Below, piece by piece: positions 1 through 10,525 of a DNA stretch of 64,000 bases. A program made the position numbers and the translations under genes. The notes beneath the pieces are model-generated. The model had not been told where the DNA came from and searched no databases. It worked only from the letters and a program-made list of their open reading frames with translations. The stretch is from an uncultured Pseudomonadota bacterium (lineage in GTDB: Bacteria; Oederibacteriota; Muellerivitia; Muellerivitales; Muellerivitaceae), in assembly GCA_963836235.1 (NCBI GenBank), contig CAWIIP010000005.1, forward strand, positions 160,001-224,000, given 5' to 3'. Position 1 is the first letter of the stretch; each line of letters begins with the position of its first letter.

Positions 1-1425
1 TTCCAATTTTTTGGCAATCTCGTCTGCCATCGGCTCCCTCCCCAATTCTTGAACCAGGTCGCGGGAAACTTTGATGGACTTGTTGATGGTCTCAATCATG
101 TGCACCGGAATACGTATGGTGCGGGCCTGGTCCGCGATGGCGCGGGTGATGGCCTGTCGTATCCACCAGGTGGCGTAAGTGGAGAATTTATAACCCCGGC
201 GGTACTCGAATTTCTCAACCGCGCGCATGAGTCCGATATTGCCTTCCTGGATCAGGTCCAAAAAGGGCAGTCCCCGATTAGTGTATTTTTTCGCGATCGA
301 AATGACCAACCGCAAATTGGCTTCCACCAATTCCATGCGGGCGTAATAGGCCTCCCTCTCGCCCACCCGAATGCTCTTCATGAGAACTTTCAGGTGATCT
401 CGGTCGGTCATGGCTTCTTTTTCCAGCTTTTTAATATTACGACGGGCTTCGTCCCAAAGGCGGGTACCCCGGACAAAATTTTCGCCCTTCAACACGCTTT
501 TCTTCTCCAGCGGCTTGAGGTCGGAATGGGCCCCATGTTTCAAAAGGCTAGGCAGCTTGATATAGGCCTCCGGGGTCAATTTCATCTGTTTTTCCTGCAG
601 GTGCATGACATGTTCCTGCTCTTCGATGGACTCCCCATGCTCGCGCAGGCCGCCGATGAGGCGCTCCTTGACCTTCTTTTGGAACTGGCAGTCTTTGACC
701 AGCCAAATGAGGTCGATCAATTTGACATCCAACTGCTCTGCCAGCGGCTTACGTTTGTCGGGATGAATGGATTTTAGGCCCACCTTATGTTGGAGGGCCT
801 TGATTTGACGTTCCAGAACCTTGAGTTTCGAATGGTTCTTCCGGAGCTTGGCATAAATCTGTTTTTCAGGAATGCTGGGCATCTCTGCGTAAGAATCCAG
901 GTCGATGGTTTCTTGGAGGATTTTTCTTTTTTTTAGGATGTTGGTGAAAAGGTCGTGGAGCTGTTGGAAACCCAAAGCGCTTCCCAGAACGGCTTTTTGT
1001 TCCTTGAACTCGCCAGCTTCAATACGTTTGGCGATAGAAATTTCTTCCTCGCGGGTGAGAAGAGGGATACGGCCCATCTCATGGAGGTACATCTTGACCG
1101 GGTCCCCCATACGGGTCTCAATGCCGGCCGTCTCGAAGGACTTCTCGAATTCCTCCTCTTCCTCGTCTTCATCCTTAACGATCGCTCCAAGAGCCTCGGC
1201 ACCGGCTTCCTTGTCGTCGTCGGGAATGGCGACGGCTTTTTCCTCCTGTTCGACGATCTTGATGTCGTTCTCACCCAGCATTAAAAGAATATCGTCGATT
1301 TCCTCAGAGGATACGACCTCCTCGGGAAGAATGTCATTTACCTGTTTGAAGGTGATATAACCCTTTTCTTTTCCCACCTCGAGGATCTTGCTGACGTGTT
1401 CTTTCGCCTTGGACGCCGGTTTCAT
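1..1425 (-). CDS. rpoD: RNA polymerase primary sigma factor RpoD (3' end runs off the window)
   Basis: Not in the ORF track; translated by hand from the ATG at 1425, which overlaps the dnaG stop (ATGA). Gives [26 protein letters not shown] (region 1.1) and [75 protein letters not shown] (region 2). Confidence 0.97.
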   Translation of the reverse strand, partial: MKPASKAKEHVSKILEVGKEKGYITFKQVNDILPEEVVSSEEIDDILLMLGENDIKIVEQEEKAVAIPDDDKEAGAEALGAIVKDEDEEEEEFEKSFETAGIETRMGDPVKMYLHEMGRIPLLTREEEISIAKRIEAGEFKEQKAVLGSALGFQQLHDLFTNILKKRKILQETIDLDSYAEMPSIPEKQIYAKLRKNHSKLKVLERQIKALQHKVGLKSIHPDKRKPLAEQLDVKLIDLIWLVKDCQFQKKVKERLIGGLREHGESIEEQEHVMHLQEKQMKLTPEAYIKLPSLLKHGAHSDLKPLEKKSVLKGENFVRGTRLWDEARRNIKKLEKEAMTDRDHLKVLMKSIRVGEREAYYARMELVEANLRLVISIAKKYTNRGLPFLDLIQEGNIGLMRAVEKFEYRRGYKFSTYATWWIRQAITRAIADQARTIRIPVHMIETINKSIKVSRDLVQELGREPMADEIAKKLE

Positions 1426-3221
1426 TTGGGTTCCGCCTCTTGTGTGTATTGCCGTTTTAAAACCATCATCTGCTGGGCCAACGACAGGGCCATTTCCACC
1501 TCGCCGGTTTTTTCGGCTTCCGCCTGCCGGCCCTTCAATTCCGCCAATTGACGCTTCAAGTGCCGCTTCTTCAAGGCCGTGGCCAAATCGACCAACATGG
1601 CTTCCCGGTGCTTCTTAGCCGTCTCGTTTTCGATGCGGATAAAGGAGGGTTCCAGATCCGATACCTGGTTCAATTCATCTGGTTTCATTTCACCCGAGCT
1701 GAGGCGTTCGAACAGTTGACGGAAGTCTTCCCGCTGGAAAATCTCCGGCGACAATTCGTTGACCGCCCAAGGGATGAAATCCCCCCGCTCTTCCGTTAAA
1801 AGCGCGAGAAAGTCGGCTTCGATTTGCGAATCATTTTTGCCGGTTTCTTTTTTAGAAGCCGATCCCCTTTCTTCCACCGTAGGTTTAAGGTCGAATCCCA
1901 TTCCCGCAGGGCGGCGGACTCCCTTTTTTCGCTCCGTATTCACGATGGTCAAGAGATCCCGGTTGTCCAATCCCAACTCGGACTCAATCGCCGAACAAGC
2001 GGCCTGAACCGAAACCTCGTCTGGAATCTGCAGGATCATGGGCACAAACCCCTGGAGAGCTCTCGTCCGATCCTCCACCGGCGCGCCCTCGAATTTCTTT
2101 TTCAAAAAAACCGCCCACCAACGGAAAAAATCGGGCGATTTTTGAATCAACGATTCGAGTTCATCCTTTGAATGCTTTGTTAAATATTCGTCGGGGTCCT
2201 TGGCGTCCGGCATCACTAACACACGGATATTGAGCCCCGCCTGAACCAGTGGCTCAAAACCTCTTAAAACCGCGGCCTGGCCCGCCTGGTCGGCGTCATA
2301 CGAAAAAATCACTTCCTTGGTATAGCGCTGCAATAACCGCCCATGTTGGGACGTCAAGGCCGTGCCTAAAGTAGCGACGGCGTTTTCAAAGCCAAAATGA
2401 TGGAGAGCCAAAGCATCAAAATAACCTTCCACCACGAGCACGTAGTTTTTATGCCGAATAGCCTCTCGGGCCATATCCAATAGGTATAAGCATTCGCTTT
2501 TCTTGAAAAGAAGGGTCTCGGGGGAATTCAGGTACTTAGGCCCTGATTCTTCGCTGAGCGTCCTACCCCCGAACGCGACGATTTTATCATAGTTGTTTTT
2601 AACGGGAAAGATCAGGCGGTGTCTGAACTTATCATAAAAGCTCTTCTTTTCCTCGTTGTGAACCACTAGTCCCGCGGCCAGCATTTCCTCTTGGGAAAAT
2701 CCCGCTTTTTGTCCAGCATTTTTCAGGGCATCCCAGCCTTCAGGCGCGTAACCGATTTGATATTTCAAAGCGTCTTCTTTTGTAAATCCTCGGGCCTTGA
2801 AATATTCCCGGGCCAACTGGCCTTCGGTGGAAAGCAGCCGATCATGAAAGAATTTTCCGGCGAACTCATTGATATCTTGCATCCGTTCCCGAACCCGGTC
2901 CGATTCCTGGTTTCTTTGATTTTCCTGAGGCTTGGGAAGGGTGATATTCGCCTTATCCGCGAGCAGACGCAAAGCCTCGGGAAAAGGCATTTTCTCCATT
3001 TCCATAATAAATGTAATTACGTTGCCGCCCTTGCCACAGCCGAAGCAATGGAAACCGTTGCGGGTGGGCGACACCGTAAAACTTGGGGATTTTTCGCTAT
3101 GGAAGGGACAAAGACCTTTGTAACTCGTACCTGATTTTTTCAAGGGTACATACTCGCCAATGACCGACACAATGTCGGTGGCTTCCTTGACCCGTTGAAT
3201 GATCTCGTCCGAGTACTTCAT
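1422..3221 (-). CDS. dnaG: DNA primase
   Basis: Zinc finger [11 protein letters not shown]...[14 protein letters not shown], Toprim VVEGYFD and YDADQAG; directly upstream of rpoD. Confidence 0.97.
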   Translation of the reverse strand: MKYSDEIIQRVKEATDIVSVIGEYVPLKKSGTSYKGLCPFHSEKSPSFTVSPTRNGFHCFGCGKGGNVITFIMEMEKMPFPEALRLLADKANITLPKPQENQRNQESDRVRERMQDINEFAGKFFHDRLLSTEGQLAREYFKARGFTKEDALKYQIGYAPEGWDALKNAGQKAGFSQEEMLAAGLVVHNEEKKSFYDKFRHRLIFPVKNNYDKIVAFGGRTLSEESGPKYLNSPETLLFKKSECLYLLDMAREAIRHKNYVLVVEGYFDALALHHFGFENAVATLGTALTSQHGRLLQRYTKEVIFSYDADQAGQAAVLRGFEPLVQAGLNIRVLVMPDAKDPDEYLTKHSKDELESLIQKSPDFFRWWAVFLKKKFEGAPVEDRTRALQGFVPMILQIPDEVSVQAACSAIESELGLDNRDLLTIVNTERKKGVRRPAGMGFDLKPTVEERGSASKKETGKNDSQIEADFLALLTEERGDFIPWAVNELSPEIFQREDFRQLFERLSSGEMKPDELNQVSDLEPSFIRIENETAKKHREAMLVDLATALKKRHLKRQLAELKGRQAEAEKTGEVEMALSLAQQMMVLKRQYTQEAEPK

Positions 3222-3291
3222 AGAACCTCAAAAGCTTATAAAACCGTCCAACCTTTCTCTACGGCTCGTAAGGTTGGGCGGCTCTAATTTC

Positions 3292-5685
3292 TTATTTCTT
3301 AAATTTTATCACCGTCGCGCCTGCCCCGCCCTGAGCCGGTTCGGCCAAGGCGAACTCCACGCCGGGATGGGCCGTAGGCAAGTGCTTGTGGATGGCTTCC
3401 TTCAGCGCCCCAGTTCCTTTTCCGTGGATGATACGAACAAAAGGCAGGTTCACCAAGACCGCGTCATCCAGAAACTTATCCAACTGGGCCAGGGCCTGAT
3501 CTACCAGCTTTCCGCGCAAATCTATTTCCAGTTTTCCCTTTTCTTCCAAGGATTTTGAGCTCATGACGCCACCGGCTTGTGGATGGACCGTCCGAGCCGG
3601 TTTGGGAGCTTGGGAGACTCGCCCAAGATCGGACCATTTGCAGGAAAGTTTCATTCCGTTCTCCATCAGGATGACCGCTTCATACTTTTCCTCATCGGCG
3701 CTCACGACTTTCACGTCGCAATTGCCCGGTTTGAAGAAAACCGAATCTCCTTCTTTGACTTCTCCAACTTCAATAATGGTTTTAATGGGAGCCGGTTTGA
3801 TATTCCGGAGTTTTTGATTCACTTCCTGGCGCGCCGTCTTGATCCTTTCCTTATTCACTTCACCCGCGGGAGATTGAACACCCTGGATGAGATGTTCCAT
3901 TTTTTTTCGGGTATTCTTCAATAAACCTTCCGCTTCGACTTGTGCTTCTTTTTTGATCCGGCGGGCTTCATCCTTCATCTGGCGCCGGGCCGTCAAGAGT
4001 TCTTGCTCGATCTTTTTGGCGTTCTCATGGATTTTTTCCGCGTCTTGTCTGGCTTTCTCGGCTCCTTGTTTTTCCTGGCCCAGCTTGGCCAACATTTCAG
4101 ACAAGTCCGCCTCACCCTGGGGCAAATGTGACTTGGCCTTTTCGAGTAATTCTTCACTAAATCCCAGTTGGCGGGCCAAGGTAAGGGCATAGGATTGTCC
4201 CGGAATGCCAGACACCAAGCGGAAAGAGGGTTTTCCCGTTGTTTCATCAAAGAGCATCGCCGCGTTGGCCATGCCCTTTTCTTCCTGTGTCAAAAGTTTC
4301 AAAAGAGGTTGGTGGGTATTGGCCAAAACCAAGGTCCCTTTCTCTCGAAAGGTTTCCAGACAGGCCAGGCCCAAGGCGCCTCCTTCCCGCGGGTCCGTAC
4401 CGGCCCCCAACTCATCCAAAAGAATGAGGGTTTCGGGACCGCAATGGTCGAGCATCCTTTTCAACGCCTTGAGTTTGGCCGCGTAAGTGCTCAAGTGATC
4501 GCCCAGATTTTGTTCATCCTCCAAATCGGTATCGAAATGCTTCAGGACCGGAACCGAACTCTGGTTGTTTGCCAAAACGGGGATTCCGGCTTGGGTCATG
4601 GCGCAAACCAATCCCATGGTTTTTAAAGCGACGGTTTTTCCACCGGCATTGGGGCCGGACACCAGGATAACCTGTACTCCTTCTTTGAATTCTATGTCCA
4701 GGGGGATAACAGCTTCCCGGAATCTTTCAATGGCCTCTAAAGCGAGCAATGGATGCCGGGCTTCTTTGATAGAAAGGTTGGAACCAGATTGGGGCTTCAG
4801 GTATTGCCCGTTGTAACGGGAGGCAAAAGTCGCCAGTACCCCATGGGCATCAACTTCCGCGCAAGCAATTAAGGTTTCTTCCAACTCGTTGGCATGGGTT
4901 AAAACCACCTGGGTAGCTTCCCTTAAAACCTTTCGTACCTCTTCATCTTCCCTTAACAAGGCTTCCTTGATTCGATTGTTGTTATCCGCAACTTCCCGGG
5001 GCTCCACAAAGAGGGTGGCTCCCGAAGCTGACATGCCATGAACAAACCCCGGAACCATATTCTGGTGATCACGCTTGATGGGAACCACCAAACGCCCCTC
5101 CCTTTCGGTCACGATCTTCTCTTGAAGGGCTTCCACCGTATCGGCCTTCTGGAGGAAGGTCTGGTAAAAATTCTGGACTTCGGCCTTCAGGGATCTCACC
5201 TGGTCCCGCACGCTTTTAAGGCCCGGGGAGGCCCCATCCAACACCTCGCCCCTGTCCGAAACTTTCGATTGCAATGTTTCCATCAATGTGGGAAGGGCAT
5301 GAAGCCTTCCCAACCATTCTTGGAAAGCGGCTTGGGTTTCACTCTCAAACCCGAGATATTGACGCAAACGGACAACCTCAGATAAGAAATTGACGATAGC
5401 GGCCAATTCTTCTCCCGAAAGGATATCCCCTTTGTTCCGGGCCTTTTCAAATGACTCGATAAAGAATTGGGAATCAGGTATGGCTGGAAATTTTTGTTTA
5501 GCCAGGTGCTTCTCGAGTTCCTGGGTTTTACCCAGACGATTTTCAATAAGTCCCAAATCCGAGGTTGGACTAAAAACCCGCAAGTAATCCCGGCCGGCCG
5601 GAGTTTGGCAATGGCTGGCGAGTTTTTCCAGTAATTTGGGATACTCGATGGCCTTCAAGAAGTTTTTAACGATTTCGCTTTTCAA
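3292..5685 (-). CDS. mutS2: MutS2 (Smr-domain endonuclease / ribosome collision factor)
   Basis: Walker A SGPNAGGKT, LLDELGAGTDPREG, coiled coil, C-terminal Smr domain (IDLRG...IIHGKGTGAL). Confidence 0.95.
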   Translation of the reverse strand: MKSEIVKNFLKAIEYPKLLEKLASHCQTPAGRDYLRVFSPTSDLGLIENRLGKTQELEKHLAKQKFPAIPDSQFFIESFEKARNKGDILSGEELAAIVNFLSEVVRLRQYLGFESETQAAFQEWLGRLHALPTLMETLQSKVSDRGEVLDGASPGLKSVRDQVRSLKAEVQNFYQTFLQKADTVEALQEKIVTEREGRLVVPIKRDHQNMVPGFVHGMSASGATLFVEPREVADNNNRIKEALLREDEEVRKVLREATQVVLTHANELEETLIACAEVDAHGVLATFASRYNGQYLKPQSGSNLSIKEARHPLLALEAIERFREAVIPLDIEFKEGVQVILVSGPNAGGKTVALKTMGLVCAMTQAGIPVLANNQSSVPVLKHFDTDLEDEQNLGDHLSTYAAKLKALKRMLDHCGPETLILLDELGAGTDPREGGALGLACLETFREKGTLVLANTHQPLLKLLTQEEKGMANAAMLFDETTGKPSFRLVSGIPGQSYALTLARQLGFSEELLEKAKSHLPQGEADLSEMLAKLGQEKQGAEKARQDAEKIHENAKKIEQELLTARRQMKDEARRIKKEAQVEAEGLLKNTRKKMEHLIQGVQSPAGEVNKERIKTARQEVNQKLRNIKPAPIKTIIEVGEVKEGDSVFFKPGNCDVKVVSADEEKYEAVILMENGMKLSCKWSDLGRVSQAPKPARTVHPQAGGVMSSKSLEEKGKLEIDLRGKLVDQALAQLDKFLDDAVLVNLPFVRIIHGKGTGALKEAIHKHLPTAHPGVEFALAEPAQGGAGATVIKFKK

Positions 5686-5734
5686 TGTTGATTCCTTTTC
5701 ACCACAAAGTCACTAAGTAACGAAGATTCGATTC

Positions 5735-6409
5735 TCAGACTGAAAGGCTGATAGTCTTTTTCTCTGCCTCGGTGCCCCCGCGATAAATATTTTTTAACTT
5801 CTTTTTCATCCCCGGTGAAGGCCGGTCCAAACCTGGTTTCACCGAAATAAACGGATTTCCTTTGAGATAGAACCGCAACGGAAGTTCCGAACCTTCCGTT
5901 ATGCCGATCCGGGTTGTTACCCCGATGGGTTCTTTCCTATTTGCCCGCTGTAAATAAAGGGGCTTTTTCCATAACGACATCTTATTGTGGCCCCGATGAA
6001 TGCCCAGGGCCTGGACCAGCTTTCCTGGTCCGTTCGTAAGACCTAAATCGGTTTCTTTAAAAGGTCCGCGGCGTTTCACCATTAAACTGGCTCCCTTCAC
6101 CGGTTCTAGAGCCCGCACCAATGCCGCGCCGGGAACACCTTCCCTTTCGGTGACGACATTAAACATAAAATGGTTTCCATAGCAAAAATAGATGTAGGCA
6201 TATCCGGCAGGGCCGAACATGACTTCGTTGCGGGGGGTCATCCCACGGGAGGCGTGGCACGCGGGATCGTTCTTGGGGAGGTAGGCTTCCACTTCCACGA
6301 CGCGTCCAGCGGTTGTGCCTTGAGGGGTTTCATGAACCAAAAACTGGCCCAAAAGATCTTTAGCCACTTGAATGGTAGGACGGGAGTAAAAGGACTTTGA
6401 AAGGATCAT
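5735..6409 (-). CDS. mpg: 3-methyladenine DNA glycosylase (MPG/AAG family)
   Basis: VEVEAY, DPACHA, MFGPAGYAYIYFCYG, LVRALEP, LTNGPGKL and RIGI motifs. Confidence 0.92.
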   Translation of the reverse strand: MILSKSFYSRPTIQVAKDLLGQFLVHETPQGTTAGRVVEVEAYLPKNDPACHASRGMTPRNEVMFGPAGYAYIYFCYGNHFMFNVVTEREGVPGAALVRALEPVKGASLMVKRRGPFKETDLGLTNGPGKLVQALGIHRGHNKMSLWKKPLYLQRANRKEPIGVTTRIGITEGSELPLRFYLKGNPFISVKPGLDRPSPGMKKKLKNIYRGGTEAEKKTISLSV

Positions 6410-6530
6410 CGGCTTCCTAGGGGGACGGTCTTATTCAGAACCAACCCAGTGTTATTCCACCCGCTTTAGGAGGGTGGCTGCGCGGATTAGTTTTAACTAA
6501 CCGCCAAAATCTAAAGATCATCTAATCATT

Positions 6531-6983
6531 TCATCCGAGTTTTGACTTCACCAGACCGGAGACCTTGCCCATATCGGCCCGTCCCTTGATCTTCGGAGTT
6601 AGGACGCCCATCACTTTACCCATATCTTTGGGGCCAGCGGCGCCAGAGGACTTGATCGCTTCCTCAATCAACTTGGCCAGTTCATCCTCCGAAAGCGATG
6701 CCGGCAAATATTTTTCAATTAAAGCCAACTCCATCTTTTCTTTCGCCGCCATATCAGCCCGGTTGCCTTTTTCAAAACCTTCGATGGATTCCTTGCGCTG
6801 CTTCGCCTGTTTGGAGAGAACCTCGATGACATCCTCGTCCTTCACCTCGCGCTTCAAATCCACTTCCTTATATTTAATGGCGGACTTCAGCATTCGCAGG
6901 GCGGAAGTAGACGCTTCATCCTTGGCCTTCATGGCCGTAATGATGTCTGCGTTGATCTTGTCGAAAAGGGGGGATGCGCTCAA
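6531..6983 (-). CDS. GatB/YqeY domain protein
   Basis: AMKAKD...LRMLKSAIK, KQRKESIEGF, KDMGKVMG, GRADMG; follows rpsU. TTG start at 6983 chosen from the GGAGG RBS. Confidence 0.9.
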   Translation of the reverse strand: MSASPLFDKINADIITAMKAKDEASTSALRMLKSAIKYKEVDLKREVKDEDVIEVLSKQAKQRKESIEGFEKGNRADMAAKEKMELALIEKYLPASLSEDELAKLIEEAIKSSGAAGPKDMGKVMGVLTPKIKGRADMGKVSGLVKSKLG

Positions 6984-7012
6984 GTCGGACCTCCAACAGG
7001 ATTTGGGTTTAG

Positions 7013-7050
7013 AAAAAAAGAGCCCATCCCTTTCCAAGGACGGGCTCTTC
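7013..7050 (-). terminator. Intrinsic terminator after rpsU
   Basis: Minus strand AAGAGCCCGTCC...GGATGGGCTCTT hairpin followed by a T run. Confidence 0.7.
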
Positions 7051-7064
7051 ACGTCGTTTCGCGG

Positions 7065-7274
7065 TTAATCGCGGCTGAACTTCATCTGGCGGCGGCGCGC
7101 TTTTTTACGGGCGGCTGCTTCGCGCTTCTTGCGGCGTTCGCTGGGCTTCTCGTAAAACTCACGTTTCTTCATTTCCGAGATCAGCCCCGAATTTTGAACG
7201 ACCTTTTTGAAACGCTTAAGGGCGTTTTCAATGGGCTCGTTTTCTTCCAATCGGACTTCGACCAAGGTGGTCAC
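7065..7274 (-). CDS. rpsU: 30S ribosomal protein S21
   Basis: ENEPIENALKRFKK...EMKKREFYEKPSERRKK. Confidence 0.95.
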   Translation of the reverse strand: MTTLVEVRLEENEPIENALKRFKKVVQNSGLISEMKKREFYEKPSERRKKREAAARKKARRRQMKFSRD

Positions 7275-7335
7275 GCTCCCCTCTATGGGTGGAATAAGAA
7301 AATCCCTTTCAACCAGTAGGCCTACAGGGAGGAGG

Positions 7336-7365
7336 AGTTTAATGCTTTAGAGAGGCCCCCGTCAA
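7336..7365 (-). promoter_or_regulatory. Putative sigma70 promoter for rpsU
   Basis: Minus strand TTGACG-18 nt-TAAACT upstream of rpsU. Confidence 0.45.
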
Positions 7366-7405
7366 GCAAGAGGAAAAGATGGTTTTTCATGGATATTTGG
7401 CGATT

Positions 7406-7747
7406 TTATCCCGGAGGCCAGGCCATGAAACGACCGCCCAAAAGATGAAGATGAAGGTGATAGACAGTCTGACCGCCGTTATCACCGTGGTTAATGACGA
7501 GTCGATAACCCTCCTGAAGATTCAACTGCCTGGCCACCTGAATGGCCCGTCCCGTCAAAAGGGAGACCATAGGATCATTCGCTGGAATGTCTTCGACGGT
7601 TTCAATGTGCGATTTCGGAATGACCAATACATGAACGGGGGCCGCTGGATGGATATCATGGAAAGCCAAGACTTGATCGTCCTCGTAAACCACATTTGAA
7701 GGTATTTCCTTGCGAATGATTTTACAGAAAACACAATGGTCGCCCAT
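7406..7747 (-). CDS. Histidine triad (HIT) nucleotide-binding protein
   Basis: CVFCKI N-terminus and HLHLH triad. Confidence 0.93.
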   Translation of the reverse strand: MGDHCVFCKIIRKEIPSNVVYEDDQVLAFHDIHPAAPVHVLVIPKSHIETVEDIPANDPMVSLLTGRAIQVARQLNLQEGYRLVINHGDNGGQTVYHLHLHLLGGRFMAWPPG

Positions 7748-7856
7748 GGTCCGCCCCCCATTTGGCTTGTTTGAGGCTCTAACAGCTTTTAATATACAAC
7801 GTTGTCTTTTGATTTTCCTTCTTTTCCTAACGAATCAAAGCGAAGGGCCTTATCGC

Positions 7857-8519
7857 ATGAAAATTCAGCGGTTGGTTTGGGTCGCCTTATTATTTTCACT
7901 GGTGCTTACGGGAGTCTCTTCTTCTCAGGCGCAGGTTTTTTCGTTGGAGCTCATGCCGGGGTCGGCCTATAACTTCCCCACTCCCCTGACCGTGCGGCAG
8001 TCGGGTTATCCCGACATCCATCTCACGGCCGACTATGCTACCGAGCCATTCGGACCCTATACCCCCTACTATGCCTGGCGGGTCTCCTTATGGGACAAAA
8101 ACCAAGCTTGGGAATTCGAGCAGGTTCATCATCGGCTTTTCCTCACCAACCCGCCGCCTGAGATTCAGGAGTTCTCGATCCACTTCGGCTATAATTTTTT
8201 TCTCCTGGGGCACGCTTGGAAACGCGGCGATTTTATCTTCCATGCGGACGCGGGAATCCTCATCACCAACCCAGAAAACACCGTTCGTGGCCAGGTCCTA
8301 CGCACCAAAGGAACCGGCCTTTTTGACGATGGTTATAATTTTTCAGGGATTGGCGCCCAAGTAGCCGTCAGCCGGAATATTTATTTCGCTAAAAATTTTT
8401 TCTTGCTCTTGGACGCTGGATTGATGACGGGATGGGCCGTCGTGCCAGTTGCCAATGGTTCGGCGGATGTGCCCAATCTATCTTTACATGGACACTTGGG
8501 ACCTGGGTTCAGTTTTTGA
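7857..8519 (+). CDS. Hypothetical exported protein, probable small outer-membrane beta-barrel
   Basis: Signal peptide MKIQRLVWVALLFSLVLTGVSSSQA, aromatic-rich strands, C-terminal GFSF. Confidence 0.65.
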   Translation: MKIQRLVWVALLFSLVLTGVSSSQAQVFSLELMPGSAYNFPTPLTVRQSGYPDIHLTADYATEPFGPYTPYYAWRVSLWDKNQAWEFEQVHHRLFLTNPPPEIQEFSIHFGYNFFLLGHAWKRGDFIFHADAGILITNPENTVRGQVLRTKGTGLFDDGYNFSGIGAQVAVSRNIYFAKNFFLLLDAGLMTGWAVVPVANGSADVPNLSLHGHLGPGFSF

Positions 8520-8579
8520 ATTCTAGCTTCCGCGAAAGGGACTTTGAAGTGTTCGATCAAGACATGATAAGAACTTCTC

Positions 8580-9239
8580 TTAATTTTTATAGAGATGGAC
8601 CGTCATGTCCTCCTGTAAATAACCTTTCAATATTTTAAAATGATCACCCGTCCATCGCTGGGCTCTTTTTTCCAATTCCTTTGGATCCGCATAGAAAAGG
8701 TCGGAATCAAACCAACCCGCCTCCTGGTTTAATAAGCTAAAGGCCATACCCCCTTTTGCCGATTCCAGGCTTTGTCTTACCATCTGTTCGATCCAGGCCC
8801 AGTTGTCCTTCACCTTGTGGTTGAAAACACCGTTGACGAAGACATAATCCCATTTTTCAGACGGCGGATTTTGAAGAATATCCCCTTTCTTGAATCGGGC
8901 TTCCGGGAATCGCTTTCGGGCTCCCCTGACCATGAGATCGAGAATATCGATTCCGGTGTATTCACCTTGCCAGCCTCGATCCTTCAAGAACCCGTAAAAA
9001 CATCCCAGACCGCAGCCCAAGTCCAAAATCTTTTTATTTTGAAGGTCCCCGATACCGGCTAAAGCGCGGAACCGGAGTTCCTGGTTCTCGCGGGTTCGCC
9101 AACCTACTTTATTTTCAGGTAGGTCGTAATTCCAAGATCGCATGAGATAAAAAAGCTGGATGTAAAGACGGTCGTAAAGATTGAAGGGTTTCGACAAGGG
9201 TTCAAATCCATTCCGCAAGGGCGGCTCCGGCTTGGACAC
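8580..9239 (-). CDS. Class I SAM-dependent methyltransferase
   Basis: ILDLGCGLG motif I, YTGIDI, DYVFVNGVFN. Confidence 0.85.
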   Translation of the reverse strand: MSKPEPPLRNGFEPLSKPFNLYDRLYIQLFYLMRSWNYDLPENKVGWRTRENQELRFRALAGIGDLQNKKILDLGCGLGCFYGFLKDRGWQGEYTGIDILDLMVRGARKRFPEARFKKGDILQNPPSEKWDYVFVNGVFNHKVKDNWAWIEQMVRQSLESAKGGMAFSLLNQEAGWFDSDLFYADPKELEKRAQRWTGDHFKILKGYLQEDMTVHLYKN

Positions 9240-10524
9240 CCGTCATTCGGATCCTGGTTTCTTTTCCTAACCATCCTTCTTTTCGAGGAAAATAGGCCCT
9301 TAACCCCTCATCCGTTAGTCCGGTTTGTTGCTCCCGGTTATGCCTTTCGACGATCACCCGGTATTCCCGTCCTTGGGCTTTCTGTGCCGAACGGGATAGG
9401 CATTCCTTTTTTAAATCCCACAAGAGATTCATCCGCCTACGGATGACGGCTGGATTCACCTTGGGCGTTATCTTTTCACCAGGTGTATCAGGCCGGTCCG
9501 AATAAGGGAAAGGATGAAAATCGGTGAAATCAAACTCACGAATTAGGTGAAGGGTATTGTCGAACGCCTCATCCGTCTCCCCTGGAAAGCCCGCAATGAT
9601 ATCGGAGGTCAACCCTACATGAAGCGCCGCCTTTTTCACCTTTTCAACCGTTTTTCGATAATGGTCAAGGGTATAAGGCCTCCGCATGGATTTCAGCACT
9701 CCTTCATCCCCGCTTTGAAGGGGTAAATGAAGATGGGCGCAAAGGCCATTGCCAGCCTGCCACAAAGGTAAAAGCGCGTCCTCAAAATCGGCTACTGCGT
9801 ATGAGGATAAGCGGACACGTTGAATTCCCGGTATCGCCAGTAATTTCTCAATGACGGGCGCCAATCGAGGTTCTTCGGCCCTCAATCCCCAATCCCTTCC
9901 ATAAGAGGACAACTGGATGCCCGCCAAGACCAATTCTTTGATACCATTTTGGGAGAGCCTTTTTCCTTCTTCCACGATTTCAAGACCGGGCCTCGAAACC
10001 ATCGTTCCCCGGACCCTCGGGATTAGGCAGAAGGAACAACCGAAATGACAGCCGTCTTGGACTTTGACCGTAGCTCGCTGATGCCCGTCGAAACGAGATA
10101 TGCCGCCACCCCAGGGGGATTCCTTTTCTAAAATTTCATCTGGCAGTGAATTAAAAGGTAAATATTGGCAAAGAATTTTTTTAAGCAGCCCTGATTTCCC
10201 GGTATTTCCCACGACCAGGTTGACACCTGAAAGGCCCGCGATCTCTTCCGGCCTGTCCTGCGCCAAACAACCGGCCACTACGACGAAGGATTCGGGATTC
10301 TTAGCCTTGGCTCGCCGAATCAACTGTTTGCCCTCGGCATCCGCCGCGGCCGTCACCGTGCAGGTATTAATGACATAGATATCCGCCAAATCTTCAAAAG
10401 GCACCGTTTGGAAATTTGCTTTTTCTACTTGTTCCTTCATGGCCTGGGTATCGTATTGGTTGACGCGACAGCCCAGGGTAGTGAAAGCGATTTTGGTTTG
10501 GGTCACTAAGGAAGAATCATTCAC
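9202..10524 (-). CDS. mtaB: tRNA t6A37 methylthiotransferase MtaB (radical SAM)
   Basis: TLGCRVNQYD, INTCTVT, VAGCLAQ, radical SAM CxxxCxxC (GCHFGCSFC). GTG start at 10524 inferred. Confidence 0.88.
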   Translation of the reverse strand: MNDSSLVTQTKIAFTTLGCRVNQYDTQAMKEQVEKANFQTVPFEDLADIYVINTCTVTAAADAEGKQLIRRAKAKNPESFVVVAGCLAQDRPEEIAGLSGVNLVVGNTGKSGLLKKILCQYLPFNSLPDEILEKESPWGGGISRFDGHQRATVKVQDGCHFGCSFCLIPRVRGTMVSRPGLEIVEEGKRLSQNGIKELVLAGIQLSSYGRDWGLRAEEPRLAPVIEKLLAIPGIQRVRLSSYAVADFEDALLPLWQAGNGLCAHLHLPLQSGDEGVLKSMRRPYTLDHYRKTVEKVKKAALHVGLTSDIIAGFPGETDEAFDNTLHLIREFDFTDFHPFPYSDRPDTPGEKITPKVNPAVIRRRMNLLWDLKKECLSRSAQKAQGREYRVIVERHNREQQTGLTDEGLRAYFPRKEGWLGKETRIRMTGVQAGAALAEWI

Positions 10525-10525
10525 A

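Noticed and set aside
49-1360. Plus-strand ORFs of 242, 151 and 109 aa
   Set aside because: Antisense shadows of rpoD, which is clearly encoded on the minus strand.
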